From positions 32,001 to 96,000 of the forward strand of contig CAWEPK010000016.1 in assembly GCA_963810935.1 (NCBI GenBank): a DNA stretch of 64,000 bases, given 5' to 3'. Of the stretch, positions 44,401-56,400 are shown piece by piece. Source of the stretch: an uncultured delta proteobacterium (GTDB taxonomy: Bacteria; Desulfobacterota; Syntrophorhabdia; Syntrophorhabdales; WCHB1-27). The position numbers were made by a program, and so were the translations under genes. The notes under the pieces are model-generated. The model had not been told where the DNA came from, searched no databases, and saw only the letters and a list, made by a program, of their open reading frames with translations. Every line of letters starts with the position of its first letter. The first letter of the stretch is position 1.

Positions 44401-47400
44401 GCGACGGCCAATCCGGCTGCGCCGCCGCCTACCGCGACGTCGAAGGATAGAGCGTTGATCTGGGAGCCGTCGTTGGCGGTGAGGGTGATCGCGCCACCTG
44501 CGCTAACCGGCGCGCCCGCGGTCCCGCTATCGACTATGAGGGCCTCGGTGGTATCGGAAATTACGTTCGCCGAAAGGGTGATCCCGACGGCGCCGACTCC
44601 TCCGGCCAGAGATAGGGTCAAGCCGAGTATGGAAGCTGTCGATTCGGCGTCCAGGGTCAGGGAGGTGTCCGCCGCGACACTGCTGCCCGATATCTCAGCC
44701 TCGACGGTGTTGGTTATCACGTTTGCGCCGATCAGACCACCGATGGCGACCGTGCTGCCTGCTACGCTGATTGCGAGGGAGGTGATGTGTGATTCATTCC
44801 GGGCGGTCAGGCCCGTTGAGCCGCTGGTCGATGTAACCGTGGAATTACCGGAGATAGTTGCCGCCACCGTTTCTGTGATGACGTTGCCGAACCCTGTTGC
44901 GTTCACTGCCACCGCACCGGAGCCAGCCACGCCCGCCGTTGCCGCCATAATGGCGTCGTTCGAAGTGGCGGTAAGGCTGACGCTTCCGCCGGCCGTCACC
45001 GTCGAGCCGATGATATCCGCACGTACCGTGTCCGTTATGATGTTGCCCGCGAGGACGCCGTTTACGGCCACCCCGCCTGTTCCCGCGATGCTTGCCACGA
45101 TGGCGAGTATATTGCCCGTAGGCTGTACCGTCGAGCCGCTGAAGGAGCCGCTGAGGGTGCCCGTATCGAGAGAAGCGCTGTTGCCCAGGTCCGTCCACTT
45201 AGAGGTATCGTTATAATTTGCGGATGTCAGATCGAGAGAAGCAGTGCTGCCTTTGTACTGGTAGCGGTCTCCAACCGTGCCCGAGCCCGTAAAACCCTGC
45301 AGCACGTCGACGGTGTCCCCGCTGTTTACGGTAGTCGAACCAGTATCGCTCGTGTTGTAAGTCGAGCTATGGAAGGGAAGGCCCTGGGTCGTCCAGTCGG
45401 GGACGAGGGTCGGCGCCTGGTCCATGGCCTGGATAGTTATGCTGCCGGTGCCGGTCGTGGTAACATTCGAACCGCCCGTCACCTGCGCGAGGACCTGGTC
45501 GGCTATAACGTTGCCTATTGCCGTTACCTGGACGGCAACGGCGCCCGAGCCCGAGACGCCGACTGCCAGGCTCCTTATGATCTCGTCCGCCTCGGCGGTC
45601 ATGTTGAGGCCGCCGGCCGTTACGTGAGAGTCGGTAATCTCCGCCTCTACGGTGTTGGCTATGACGTTGCCCGAGAGGGAGACCCCCACCGCCACTGCGC
45701 CCGTGCCTGCCACGTTCAGCGAAATCGCGTCTATCTCTGACGAGTCCAGGGCCGTCATTGTGACGGTCCCGCCCGCGCTCACGTTGGACTTGGCGGTCCC
45801 GTTATTGACGATGAGGGACTCGGTCGTGTCGGCGATGACGTTGGCCGAGATTGCAGGGCTCACCGCCACCGCCCCGGAGCCGGAGACGTCGACCGAGATC
45901 CCCATGATCTTAGCGAGTGACTCGGATTCGAGCGTTAGCGCGCTGTCCGCGTGGACCGTGGAGCCCGATATCTTGGTCTCCACCGTGTTCGTCACCACGT
46001 TCGCAGCGAGGAGCGCGCTCACCGCCACTGCGCCCGTGCCGGCGACGCCGACGCCGAAGGAGGTGATGTTCGACTGGTCGTGGGCGGTAAGGCCCATGGT
46101 GCCGGCCGAATCAACAATGGATCCACCCGTGATCGTCGCCGCTGTCGTGTCGGTGATCACGTCGCCGTAGCCCGTTGCGTTGACCGCCACCGCGCCGGAG
46201 CCTGCGACGCCGACGGTGAGGGCGATGATGGAATTCTGCGACAGGGCGCTCAGGTTGAGGCTCGACGCGGAGCCTGAGATTTCGACGCCTGAGTTGCTGT
46301 AGCCCGCCTTGACCGTGGAACCGATGATGTCAGACCTCACGGTGTCGATTATCAAGTTGCCCGAGAGTACCGCGTTGACCGCCACCGCGCCGGAGCCGGC
46401 GACGCCCACCATGACGGTCAGGATATTGTCGTTCCACGGGATCGGGGAGTTCGGAGTGGCGCTGTCAAACGAGCTGGACATGGAAGTCGGCAGGCCGGGT
46501 ATGGCGGAAGGCGCCTCATCCTGCGCTGATATCGAGACGCTGCCTTGCGCGTAAATAGTCGAGTTCGTCACGTCGGCTTCCACGTGGTTCGCGATGGCGT
46601 TCCCCATGGCGGCAACCTGGACTGCACACGCGCCCGAGCCCGCTACGCCGATGTCGAGCGCCCTGATGATCTCCGAGGACGCGGCGGTCTCGGTAAAACT
46701 CGCGGTGGAGGTCGCGCTGGTGCTTCCGGCGGGGCCGACAGTGACGGTAGAGCCCGAGACTTCTGCCTGTACGACGTTCGCAACGACGTTGGCAGCAAGG
46801 CCCACGGTGACGGCCGCTGCGCCCGATCCGGCGATGCCGATGGAAATGGCGTTTATCTGGGATGAATCTTTTGCAGTTATCGAGAGGGCCCCGTCGGAAT
46901 GCACGGAATAAGAGCCGCTATCGTTCTCGATCTCCGCTTCCGTCGTGTCGTGGATAACGTTAGCCCCGAGGAGCACCGTCACGGCCGCTGCGCCCGAACC
47001 GGTAACGCCGGCGACGAAGCTGTAAATGATCGCAGTCGATTCGGCGTCCAGGGCCAGCGTCCCGCCCGATGCGACGGTGGAGCCCGAAATAAGGGCCTCC
47101 ACGGTGTTCGTGACCACGTTCGCGCCGATGATGGCGGAGATGGCGGCGCTGCCGGAGGCCGCTATGCTAAGGGCCAGGGCGGTTATCTGTGATTGGTCGG
47201 TTGCTGTAAGGCTCATGACTCCGGTGGAGCTGACGGTCGAGCCGCCCGATATCTCAGCCTCCGTGTCATCCGTGATCACGTTGCCGAAGCCGGTCGCCTG
47301 TACAGCGACGCTGCCCGAGCCGCCCACGCCCACTGTAACGGCCGTGATGCTGGAGGACGAAGTCGCTGCCAGGATGACGCCCGCGCCCGAGACCGTAGAG

Positions 47401-50400
47401 TCTACTATATAGGCGTGAACGACGTTGTGGACGATGTTGCCGGAAATAGCCGCGCTTACGGCAACGGAGCCGGAGCCGGAAACGCTGACCATGATCGCCA
47501 GTATGTTGCCGGTGAGGCTGATGGGGGAGCCCGCGAGTGCGGTCGTCAGCGCGCTCTCCTGGGTGGAAGTCGTGCCCGTTGTCCCGGTCAGGGTGAACGG
47601 GGAAAGCAAGCTCGGGGCGATCTCCTCCGCCGTGATGCTCACGTTGCCCGAAGCCGTGACGGTCGAGCTGTTGTCTATCTCGGCGGTAACGGTGTCGCCG
47701 ACGTAGTTGCCCAGGGCCGTGACGCTGACCGCTACGTTGCCGGAGCCCGAGACTCCGAGGGCCAGCGCCCGTATCAGTGACTGGGCTTCGGAAAGAAGGG
47801 TGACGGTGGTGCCTGCGTCGATCGTGGAGGCATTGACGTCCGTCCCGATGGTGTTCGTTACTACATTGGCCGCCACGGCCGCTCCGCCTGCCGCGGTGCC
47901 CGAGCCCGCTACGCCTATGGCGAAGGCGTCGATGGTGGAGGTATCCTGCGCGGTCAGAGCGACGGTCCCATCCGACCCGGACCCGCTTGTCGTATTGACG
48001 ACAGCACCGTCGGTGAGGCTGGCCTCTACCGTGTCGTTGATTACGTTGACGGCAACCGCGACGCCCGCCGCATAACTGCCGGCCCCTGCCCCTGCGAAGG
48101 TCAAGTTATTCACTATACTGTTGTCCGTCGCCGTGAGCGAGACGTCATGTGCGGTAGCGTGGGAGTTGTCTATATTGGCCGTAACGCCCGACAGGAAGTC
48201 GCTGTCGCCGGAGGCGAGGCCGACCGCCGCCGTGCCTGCGCCGGCTGCTGCGCCTGCGATGATAGTAGCCGAAGGAGCGGTGGTGGCGCTGACATTGATA
48301 GTGCCTACGTCGGCCGTCACGCGGGCGTTATCCACTATGGAAGCATCGACTACGCTGCGGATAAAGTTCAGGGCGATAGAACCGGCTATGGCCACCTTGC
48401 CTGCGCCCGCGCCCCCTGCTGTGACGTCCACGAGGCTTGGACTCGAGTACGCCGTAACGTTCACGTTGCCGTGCGTCGATTCGACAGTCGAGCCGTCGAT
48501 GTAGGCGGTCACCTGAGCCTGGCTGCTCCCGAGCGGGTTTTCCGGCACGTTGAGCACGGGGTTGGTCGGGTCGCCGCCTATATAGTCATAGGCAAGGGCC
48601 GCGCCGATTGCCACCTGCCCCGCACCGGCTGCGCCGAGTGTGCCAGTGTCGAGCTGGGCGTTGTCCGTGGCCGACACCGTGACGTCGCCGTGGCCCGTTA
48701 CAGTGGCGTTATCCTTGATATATGCGATGACCGTATTGTCCAGCCAGTTGAGGGAGATTGCGGCGCCCGCCGCGAACTTGCCCGACCCGGAGCCTGCGAC
48801 CGTAACGTTGACGATCTGCTCGCCAAGCTGGGGGACGCTGCTCGCCGAAGGCAGGGTAATCCCGCTCACGCCCGTATTGACGTTCGATAGATTGGCCGCT
48901 GTCTGGGGAGGCGCGAACCCCGCATTGACATTCACCTCACCTGTGCTTGACGTGACGGTTGCCCCGTCGATATACGCCTCTATCCTGTCCGCCACGTTGG
49001 TGACGGAGATGGCCGCGCCGACGGCCACTTTATTGGAGCCGGCAAAGCCGCCGGCGATAGCGATCATAGTCGTGGTATCATTGGCGCTGACTGTGATATC
49101 GCCCGACGCCGTGACAGTGGAGTTGCTGTTAGTTATGTAGGCCTCGACTGTGTTGGTCGTCTCGTTCACCGCCACCGAGCCGCCCAGGGCGAATTTGTCG
49201 CCACCGGCCGCGCCCAGGACGACGTTCAATAAAAGCTCGTTTGCGCTTGCGTCGATCTTCACGGTAGACGCGGTAGACTTCAGGCTTGCATTATTGACGA
49301 AGGCCTCCACCGTGTTGTAGCTCAGATTGACTCCGATTGCGGCGCCTATCCCCGCCTGGCCCGTTGATATGGCCACCCCGCCCATTACGGCGATATCCGT
49401 TTCCGTGTCGTTCGCATTTACGGCTACAGCGCCGGTTGCGGTCACGCTGCTTGCGCCCGTCACCTCGGCCTCGACTGTATTGGACAGGTAGTTTACGCCG
49501 ATGCCTGCGGCTAATGCGGTCTTCTTGGAGCCGGCCCCTGCCGCGGCTACCGATACGACCGTGCCCGTCCTGTCTGCTTCTGCCGTGAAGGCGTTGACCG
49601 GGCTCGATGCGGTGCCTATTGTGGAGCCGGTGACTATTGCAGTCGCGGTGTCCAGGACTACGTTGACGTCGACCGCGCCGCCGAGGCCCGCCGTCTTGCC
49701 CACGGCTACCGCTCCCGCAACAGCATACAGCGACGTAGCGTCCGTCGCGAGGACTCCACGTTGCCGGAAGACGTTGTGGTCAAAGTGCTGCCCGTGATCT
49801 CTGCGTTGACCTTGTTGAGCAGCGCGTTGATCGTTACGGTGCCTGCTCCGGCGTAACCCGACTCGCCGCCTCCGCCCGTGGCGATTCCCAGAGAGCCTGT
49901 CGCTGCGACGACCGTGCCTCCGTTGGTCGCGTCCACGTTTATATTGCCCGCCGCACTTAAGCCCGCCGCTCCGTTATAGCCCGTAACGTTGGCTATTTCC
50001 GCCTGGGTCGTATTGTTCTCATAAGTAAAACCGACCGCCACCCCTACGCCCGCCTTGCCGCCGAAGGCGCCCGAGCCTCCCACGGAGACGAGGTACGATC
50101 CGTCGTTTGCGTTGACGGTTACCGCCCCACCGACAGTCACCTGGGGATTGGCAGAGGTGCCCGTGATATTCTCCAGGCCTGCCTCGGTCGTATAGGTAAT
50201 GATATTAACTCCCGCCGAGCCGGCTATCGCCTTGCCGTCCTTGCCGGTTGCCCCGGCGAAGCCCGCGGCTACGGAGATCGTCCAGCCGGTTCGCTTCGAT
50301 TCAATATCGAGCCCTCCTGCAAGCACCAGGCCCGCTACACCGTCAATGAAGGCGTCGGTCTCGCCCGAAAGTATATTGATCGCAGCAGCGCCACTGATGC

Positions 50401-53400
50401 CCGTTGCCGAATTGTTGTTGCTGCCGCTCGCGTATGCGACCGACCCGGCGAGGTTCACCGTGGTCGTGCTGTTTTTTGCGTTAATGGTAAGACTGCCGCC
50501 GCTGTACGTCTGAAAGACACCCGTATCGCGGACGTACGCGTCCGCACTGTCGAAAAGGAGGTTGACCCCTGCCGAGCCTGATACACCGACGGCCGAGCTC
50601 GACCCCTCCGCCGTGCCGCCGCCCTCGCTGTTGGCCGTACCGGCTATATTTCCGGTCATCTTGCCCTTCGCTACGGCCTCCTGCAGCACAGCGCCCATCT
50701 TGCTCTGCCAGGTTGCGAGGTCCTGGTTGCTCTGCTGCGTACCGTTGGAGCCTTGGGTGCCGCCCGTGCCGGGGTTGCTCGTGCCGCCGGAGCCGTTTTG
50801 GGATTGTGAGGCCGAGCCCGAGGATTTGCTCCCCGCTACGGCAAAGGCGCCGACGAAACCTCCGTTTATCGCATCGACCTCCACGTTTCCGGACGCACTG
50901 AAGGAGCCGAGGGTAGACGGGGCCGCCTCGCCTTCTTCCAGGCCGATCACGGCCTGGGTGTTGCGTCCCGTGAGATTGACGGCGCTGGAAAGGCCTACAG
51001 CCGTCTGGTCCGACACGGCGACACTTCCCGCAACGCTCACGAGGACCGACGTGTCATCGGCCCTCACCAGGACGGTATCGTCGCTGTTGACGCTGCCCGA
51101 TCCGATTACGACTGTAGCCCCGCTGTCGATCTGGGCGAGGGTTGTATCGAGGGCGCTGCTGAACGTGATGGTGCCGTTGAAGGCCAGGCTGCTCGACTTG
51201 CCCCCCGATGCGGTCAGGTTGATCAATATGTTCTTTGTGTCCGCCTCTACGTCAAGGCTGCCCCCGTAAAGCGTGACCCCGTCCTCTACCTTGGCGGTAA
51301 CGTTAGACTCGTCAAGCTGCACCATGATGCCGCCGCCCGCTGCCTTCGCCCCCTTACTCGTACCGAAGCCCGGCTTTTGGAAGCTAGGGACCCAGGACTT
51401 CGACGTGTCTAGAGTGAGGCCGGGGACCTGGAAGTTCCCGGTAATGTTTATAGTGTCGTTTTCTGCGTCGGCAGTCACCGCTACGGCGCTGTTGTGGTAC
51501 GCGGTGCCCTGGTTGATGACCGCGCCGCTGTCGATGCTGGCATCGGCCGTGTGCTCAAGGAGAAGAAACGCGAGGGCAGCCGATATCTGTTTAGTCTCCC
51601 CCTGTGCCGTTGCGGTCGACCAACTGTTTGCTACGTTGTATCCGATCCCGAAGCTGTCGTTCAGGTAGGTATCGAGGTTTCCGATGAAGCTTTTCGTCGC
51701 CTGTTCCGCCGTGCTGCCGAGGTCCTGCCACGAGCTGGTATCCCCGTAGTTGGTTGCCGTCAGGTCAATGGACGCGGGACTGCCTATATACTGGTAGGTA
51801 TCCCCGGCAGTACCGCCGTTCGCATACCCGGGCAGCACGTTGACCAGGGTGGGGCTGTTGGGATTGTTGGTGACATAGGTCTGACCCGTGTCGCCCGTAT
51901 TGTAATCCTGCTGCGCCGGCTGGCCCAGGTCTTTCCATAAGCTCGTATTGGTGTAGAGCGTGTTCGAAAGGTCCATCGAGGTCTGCGTCGTGCCCAGGTA
52001 CTGGTAACGGTCACCGCCGACGACGTCGACCGTATCTCCCGGGTTTATAGTAGTCTGGCCGGTATCGCCGCTATTGTACGTAGCCCCGTAGTTGCTCGAC
52101 TGGAAGGGAGCGATGAGGTTCATTATCTCCAGGCTGCTAGGACTTATCTGGTTCAGGGACTGGGCATTGACGGTGACGGCCGTTGCTCCGCTAACGGAGG
52201 CATGATCGGCTATGTAAGCATAAGCGTCGTCATGGACTATGTCGGCCGTGACGGCAATAGCGATGCCGACTTTAGTCGGCTGCTTCTTGGCGGGCTCGGC
52301 GTCGTTTGCCTGGCCCGTCGCACCGTGCTCCTGCGACTCCGTGGCGGGTGTCTTGTCTTTGCTGGCCTCGGAATCAGAGGTATCATCCTGCACTGTTGTT
52401 TGGGCCTGGATGCTCGGGCTGTCCGATACCTGCGACGCGACGCTTACGGTACCTTGCGAGGTTACCGTTGCAGCGTTCGTGCCGTCACCGATGCGCGCCG
52501 TGGTCTGGCTGTACTCCTCCTCGAAGGCTACGGCAGCTCCGAAATCGAAGCTGGGCGGTGGGCTGCTGGACGCGAATTTGCTCATGAGCCACTTGACGGG
52601 ATTACGCGCGGCCAACCACTTGCCGAGAGGGGTAAGGAGCTTTATCGCCCCGTTCTTGAGTGGAGTCGTGAGCTTCGTGATCGCTGCCGACTTGTAATCG
52701 GTGACGAGATCGCCCGTATTCGAGCCCGCGCCCACCCCCGCGCTCGCTGATACGCCGCCGACTGTGCCCGGTATTATGCCGAGCTTGTTCTGCTGGATCG
52801 ATGCACTCTGGGTGGTCGCGTCTACATTAACGTTGCCGGCTACGGTTGCCGTACCGTCGAGGTAGGCGTTCGTCTGCTCCGTCTCAAGCGAGACGGCAAA
52901 TGCAGCGTTCAGCACGCCGTCCGAGTCGGAGTTCGACATCGCCGTTGTAAAGTTGCGGTCGATTCTGTTCCCGCTCACGTACAGGTTGCCGCCTATATTC
53001 AGCACGGCTAGATGGGACACGTCGGCCGTGGCGTTCGAGTTGATGAGGCTTATTGCCGCCGCAACGCCGTAACCCTTTATGGCGCTTGGATTAGACTTGA
53101 CCATAATCGTGTTGTCGGTGCTCGCCGCTATTACCGCGTCGCCGGTTGTCGTGATGTGGCCATCGATCGTCACGGTCGCCGTTGTATCGATCTCACCGAA
53201 GGCCACGCCGAGACCCCATGAGGTCGGGTTGGCGGACGCGGACGCCTTCGCTGTAGCATCCACGTTGAGGACGGCCGCGTTGATATACGCGTTCTGGCCG
53301 ATGTCGATTGTAGCAGTCGATTTGGATATCGTCACGCCTGCGAAGAAAGAGAGGCTTTCGAGGCCGCCCAGGACGCCGTCTATCGCCTCCTGCACGAGGG

Positions 53401-56400
53401 AGGCCCCGCTCTTCAGCCTTCCCCCGACATCGAAAACCTGGAAATCGCTTGCCTGGAAGTAGTGCTGGCTGTAACCCGTTGCCGTGATGGTGACGTTGCC
53501 GCCGCTGATCGTCGCGCCCGAAGTCGTGCCTATGTTAAGCACAGCGTTTACATTGTCAATGTTGGCGAAGCCCGTCGTAAAATTGGCCCTGTTATCAAGG
53601 GCGGTAATCGTGATGGCGCCGTCCGTGCCGCCTGCCGTTGCCTTGGCGAGGATCTGGGCGCCGTCGTCTATATTTATGGTATAGCCCTGGATTGTTATGT
53701 TTCCGGCCTTTGTCACCGACGTTATCCCGTCCGTGCCGCTGTTCACGGTATAGCCGTCGATGGTGACCGTATCGCCCTCTATCGTGATGTTCTGGCCGTA
53801 TGTGTAAATGTCCTGCGTGACTACGGTGTTGCTGCCCCCGTCGTAGACGTAGGCGGCAGCCGAGCTGCCTGCGCCCACCCAGGTGATCCAGCCGAAGCTC
53901 GATGTCGTGATGTTATGCGAGCCCCCTTCGATGACAACGCTGTTATTGGTACCTCCGCCGGGGTTTACCGTGACCGTATCGATCCCCGGCGTCATGTTCT
54001 TGACATTGATCTCAAACACGTTGCCGCCGCCCAACCCGCCGTTAAGGATGTCGTCCCGGCTCGTGTTGAAGGTCACGCCGCCCGAAAAACCGGAGGCATC
54101 CAGGGTACGTTTGGTGCCAAGAGCAGTGCCGCTGTCCGTAAGGGTAATATTGCCGATATTTGTAAGGGTATCCGTTTTGGTGGTGCCTACGGTCAGTGAC
54201 GAGCTTGCGACGCTGCCGGCGAGGGTCATGTTTGCGTCCCACGCCTCTACAAGGCTGTTCGTGGTGCCCGTACCGGCTTTCATCGTGTCGTTGCCGGCGC
54301 TGGAATAAAAAGTCACGCTCCCGCAGGAGATCGGCGACCCCGTCAGGCTTGCCCCACTGCCCGTCCCCACAATACCGAGGTCCGTGGCAGCGGTGGAGCC
54401 GGAGCAGTTAGCCACCGTGAGATTATGGGAGCCGTTAGTGGAATCACCGATGGTGATTGCGCCGTTTGAGCCCAGCGTAGCCGTAAGATGGCTGTTGGCT
54501 GCGTCTATGGCGGTCAAGACATCCTGAACGGTAAAGGCGCTGCTAAGGCTTACCAGGACCTGCGTGCTGCCGTCTGAAAGGGTGATGTCGAGGTCATTCT
54601 GGCCGCTGCCCGCGCACTGGACGCCTTTACCATTGTTGAGGGACTGCAGCTCCGTGGTGGTATAGACGCCGTCGAACCCTGTAGTGTCGAGGGTATTATT
54701 GCCTCCTCCGCCCGTGATCTGGACGTTTTGAATGCCGCTTAAGGTGTCCGTTTTCAGGCCGGCGACGACCAGGCTTCCGTTCGTCAGCGTCATGTTCGCG
54801 TCGTGCGTCGCGATGAGGGTGTTCGTGCCGGTCGCGTTACCCGTGATCGTGTCGGTTCCCGTGCCGTCGTAGAAAGTGTTGTCTTCCGGGCCGCCGATCA
54901 TCACTGTCGTGCTCGAGCCGGCTTTGAACGTGTTGTCCCCCTGTCCGCCCGAGAGGGTGACGGTGCCGGTGGTGCTGAATTGCGAGGTGTCCATAAGGAC
55001 GCCTTGCAGGATACCGTAAAATCCGACGTTCTGTACGTTCGTAACAGTGTCCGGATTGGCTGGAGGCGCACCCGTCGTGACCGGGGTCACCTGCACGCCG
55101 GGGCTAGCACCGGTCAGTCCGGTGCCGTCGGCCGTAATCGTTTGGGGAAGCCCCGCGAGGTTTTCCGTGAAGGTGACGCTCCATGTCCCGGTGGTATTGC
55201 TTGCGACCGTCACATCGCCGCTGCCTATATTCGAAAGGGCCATCAGGTCAGCCTGAACGACTCCGGCCGAGGCGTTATAGGGGATGGCGATGGTCGTCTG
55301 GCCTTCATAGGTGATGGTGAAGGTGCCGCCGGTGACCGTTCCCGTCAGCGCGACGTTTTCGACTTCGTCCGTGCCCTGGCCCATATCGAGGGTAGCACTG
55401 GTGGAGTTGCCTGAGAGCACGTAGCGGTGATCGCCGACTTCCACAAGATCGTTCGTGGCGCCTGCGCCGCCCGTGACCGTATCATTGGTGCCGACCCCGA
55501 CGGTTAATGTATTGGTGATTCCGGAGCCTGCCCCGCCTACAGGCGTATCGTTATTGCCGTCGCCCGCATAGAGAATGTTGGTGGCGTTGCTGCCTGATCC
55601 GGCTTTAAGGAGATCGTTATTGCCGTCGCCGACCGTGAGAGTTGTGTTCCCTCCGGTGAAGGCAGACGTATCCATTGTGTCACTGCCGTTGCCTGCCGTA
55701 AGCGTCAGGTTCTGCACATCGGTCAGAATGTCCGAGGCGACGACCCCGCTTGTGCGTCCATCGATCGTCAGCGTCGTGTCACTCTGCGTATACAGGAAGG
55801 TGTAGCTGTCGTCGCCTCTGGTTTCGACAACCGTATTATTCGTGCCCTGGCCGATGATGGTGGTTGTGCCTCCGCCGCCGGTGAAGGTATTGGTTCCTGT
55901 GCCTCCGTAAAGGGTATCAACCTTGTTGCGGCCGTCGAGGGCTTCCGAACCGGTGACTATGGCCGCGCCATGGAGCACATTGCCGGTGGCCGTGCCCACG
56001 ATCCCCAGGTCGGTTCCGGCAGAGGAGCCGTTCATGTTAATGACGCTTAAACTCCCTCCTCCGCCTGCTGTGTCGGTCAGATTAATGCCTGTGCCCGTTG
56101 CGTTTATGGACGCAGTGAGATTGGGACTTGCCTGATTGAGTACAGAGAGAACATCCTGAATGTTGTTAAGCCCGGACAGGTCCACATCGAGTTTCGCGCC
56201 GCTCATCATCGTGATTTGGATATCGGCTGTCACCTCGGCTATCGAGGAGCCTATGAGCGTATTGCCGTTTCCTGTACAGAGAATGCCGAGGCTTGAGGCC
56301 TGACCGCTCGTCGAGTTGCCGACCAGGGGCGTAATGCTGACGCTGCCTCCCGAGTCGAGGCTATCGGTGATGACAATGGAGTCGCCTTGCTGGGAATCGA

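Noticed and set aside
32960..49760. Programmed frameshifting or phase variation at the giant-gene breaks
   Set aside because: No slippery heptamers or long homopolymer tracts at the junctions, and similar indels occur in unrelated genes.
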